A stretch of 64,000 nt of DNA from the NCBI RefSeq assembly GCF_006345805.1, contig NC_043012.1, forward strand, positions 16,802,001 through 16,866,000. The letters are read 5' to 3'. The notes beneath the pieces were generated by a model. That model was not told the origin of the DNA. It saw only the letters and a program-made list of their open reading frames with translations, and searched no databases. Made by a program: the position numbers and the translations under genes. The DNA comes from Octopus sinensis (lineage: Eukaryota). Positions 63,000 through 64,000 of this stretch are shown here, in pieces; the stretch's first letter is position 1; every line of letters begins with the position of its first letter.

Positions 63000-63040
63000 C
63001 TAATCTGAACTTTCCGGGAGGCCCCAAATGTCACAACAAT
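63000..63040 (+). CDS. 41-nt next exon of the ankyrin/LRRK-like gene
   Basis: AT-rich acceptor TTTTCAG, perfect donor GTAAGT at 63041; continues phase 1 in frame: ...IHYG-A-NLNFPGGPKCHNN, completing the ankyrin GA.N motif. Confidence 0.75.
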
Positions 63041-64000
63041 GTAAGTAGTCTGTTTATATTTGTTGATTTTTGTTGTAGTTTAATAGCTGCTAGTAGAAAG
63101 TTCCATCCAAAATAATTGTTGTTTTTTCCCTACTTATCATTCTTCTGTTGCTGTTCACTGATTTATGCTTCTCGAGTAAAGACCTCTCTACTCTATGTTG
63201 TTTGCTGTTTGTTCATGCTCTGGCAAGACTAAAAAGAGTACTCTCTTCCCTGTATTGTCTCCAAGAGTGTGATAGAAGGAGGAAGTATTTGAGAGAGAGA
63301 GAGAGAGAGATTGAAAAAGAGTAATTGACAGCTACGTGATGGTTGTTGGTAAGGAGATTGAATGAAATCTTCATAACTGAGAGAAGTGATGGAAAAGAGA
63401 GGATAACAGAAGATTGAGTATTAGAAGGGATCCAGCATGATAAAAATGAAAGGGTTGGTGTAATAGGAAACAAATAGAAAGAGAGGGAGACAACTACATG
63501 ATGTTTTTGGTAAGGAAATTTGACAAAAACAGTATGATCAATGTAATGGGGGCAAGCGAGAGTGATAGAAGGGAGGCAGGGTGGTAGAATAAAGAATAAG
63601 GAACGTGTGAGAGGAAAAGAGGTAGATGTCTGCCATGTGCAGTAAAGGTGGAGGCCCTCTGCTCTATATGTGTGTGTGTGTGTGTATGTATGTGTGTATG
63701 AGGGAGGGAAAAAGTGAGAGTGATGGATGTCAATGCTGAATAAAAGGGAAGACATAATGAGGAGAGAGAGAGAGAGAGAGAGAGAGCACTAAAGAAGAGG
63801 GATAGTAAGAGGTGCATTAAATAAGGACAGATCCAGTACTTTGCCAGTCTGTGTTGTGGTATGATGGAAGAGAGACAGAGTGACAGTAGTGAACAACAGT
63901 GATAGAGAGTAACAGAGATGGTTGGTGGGAGCAAACTTACAAATTCAGTCTTTAATTATTATAATCCTAATTAACGAAACAATAGTATTGATTCTTTAAT

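Noticed and set aside
63213-63934. Two long minus-strand ORFs
   Set aside because: Arise from a GA-rich low-complexity tract inside an intron

Overview
Repeat-dense AT-rich animal genomic DNA. The microsatellite load and SINE/LINE repertoire look like a coleoid cephalopod (Octopus); this is recognition, not a database check. The only host coding sequence I can support is two + strand exons (56040-56290 and 63000-63040) encoding N-terminal ankyrin repeats resembling invertebrate LRRK. The rest is mainly three tRNA- or RTE-related SINE families, RTE, R4/Dong-like, CRE-like and Gypsy remnants, three non-autonomous Helitrons, piggyBac-like and hAT-like MITEs, and micro/minisatellites. The main unexplained signal is a set of type I hammerhead ribozyme (HHR) motifs. 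One is canonical (4006-4066) and lies inside a highly structured 351-bp unit present 1.3 times, as expected for a metazoan retrozyme. Others lie in the tail of a tRNA-headed SINE-like family, in both arms of a 158-bp palindrome, and in several unrelated Penelope-like remnants. Repeat boundaries are read by eye and are approximate unless TSDs or termini are quoted.
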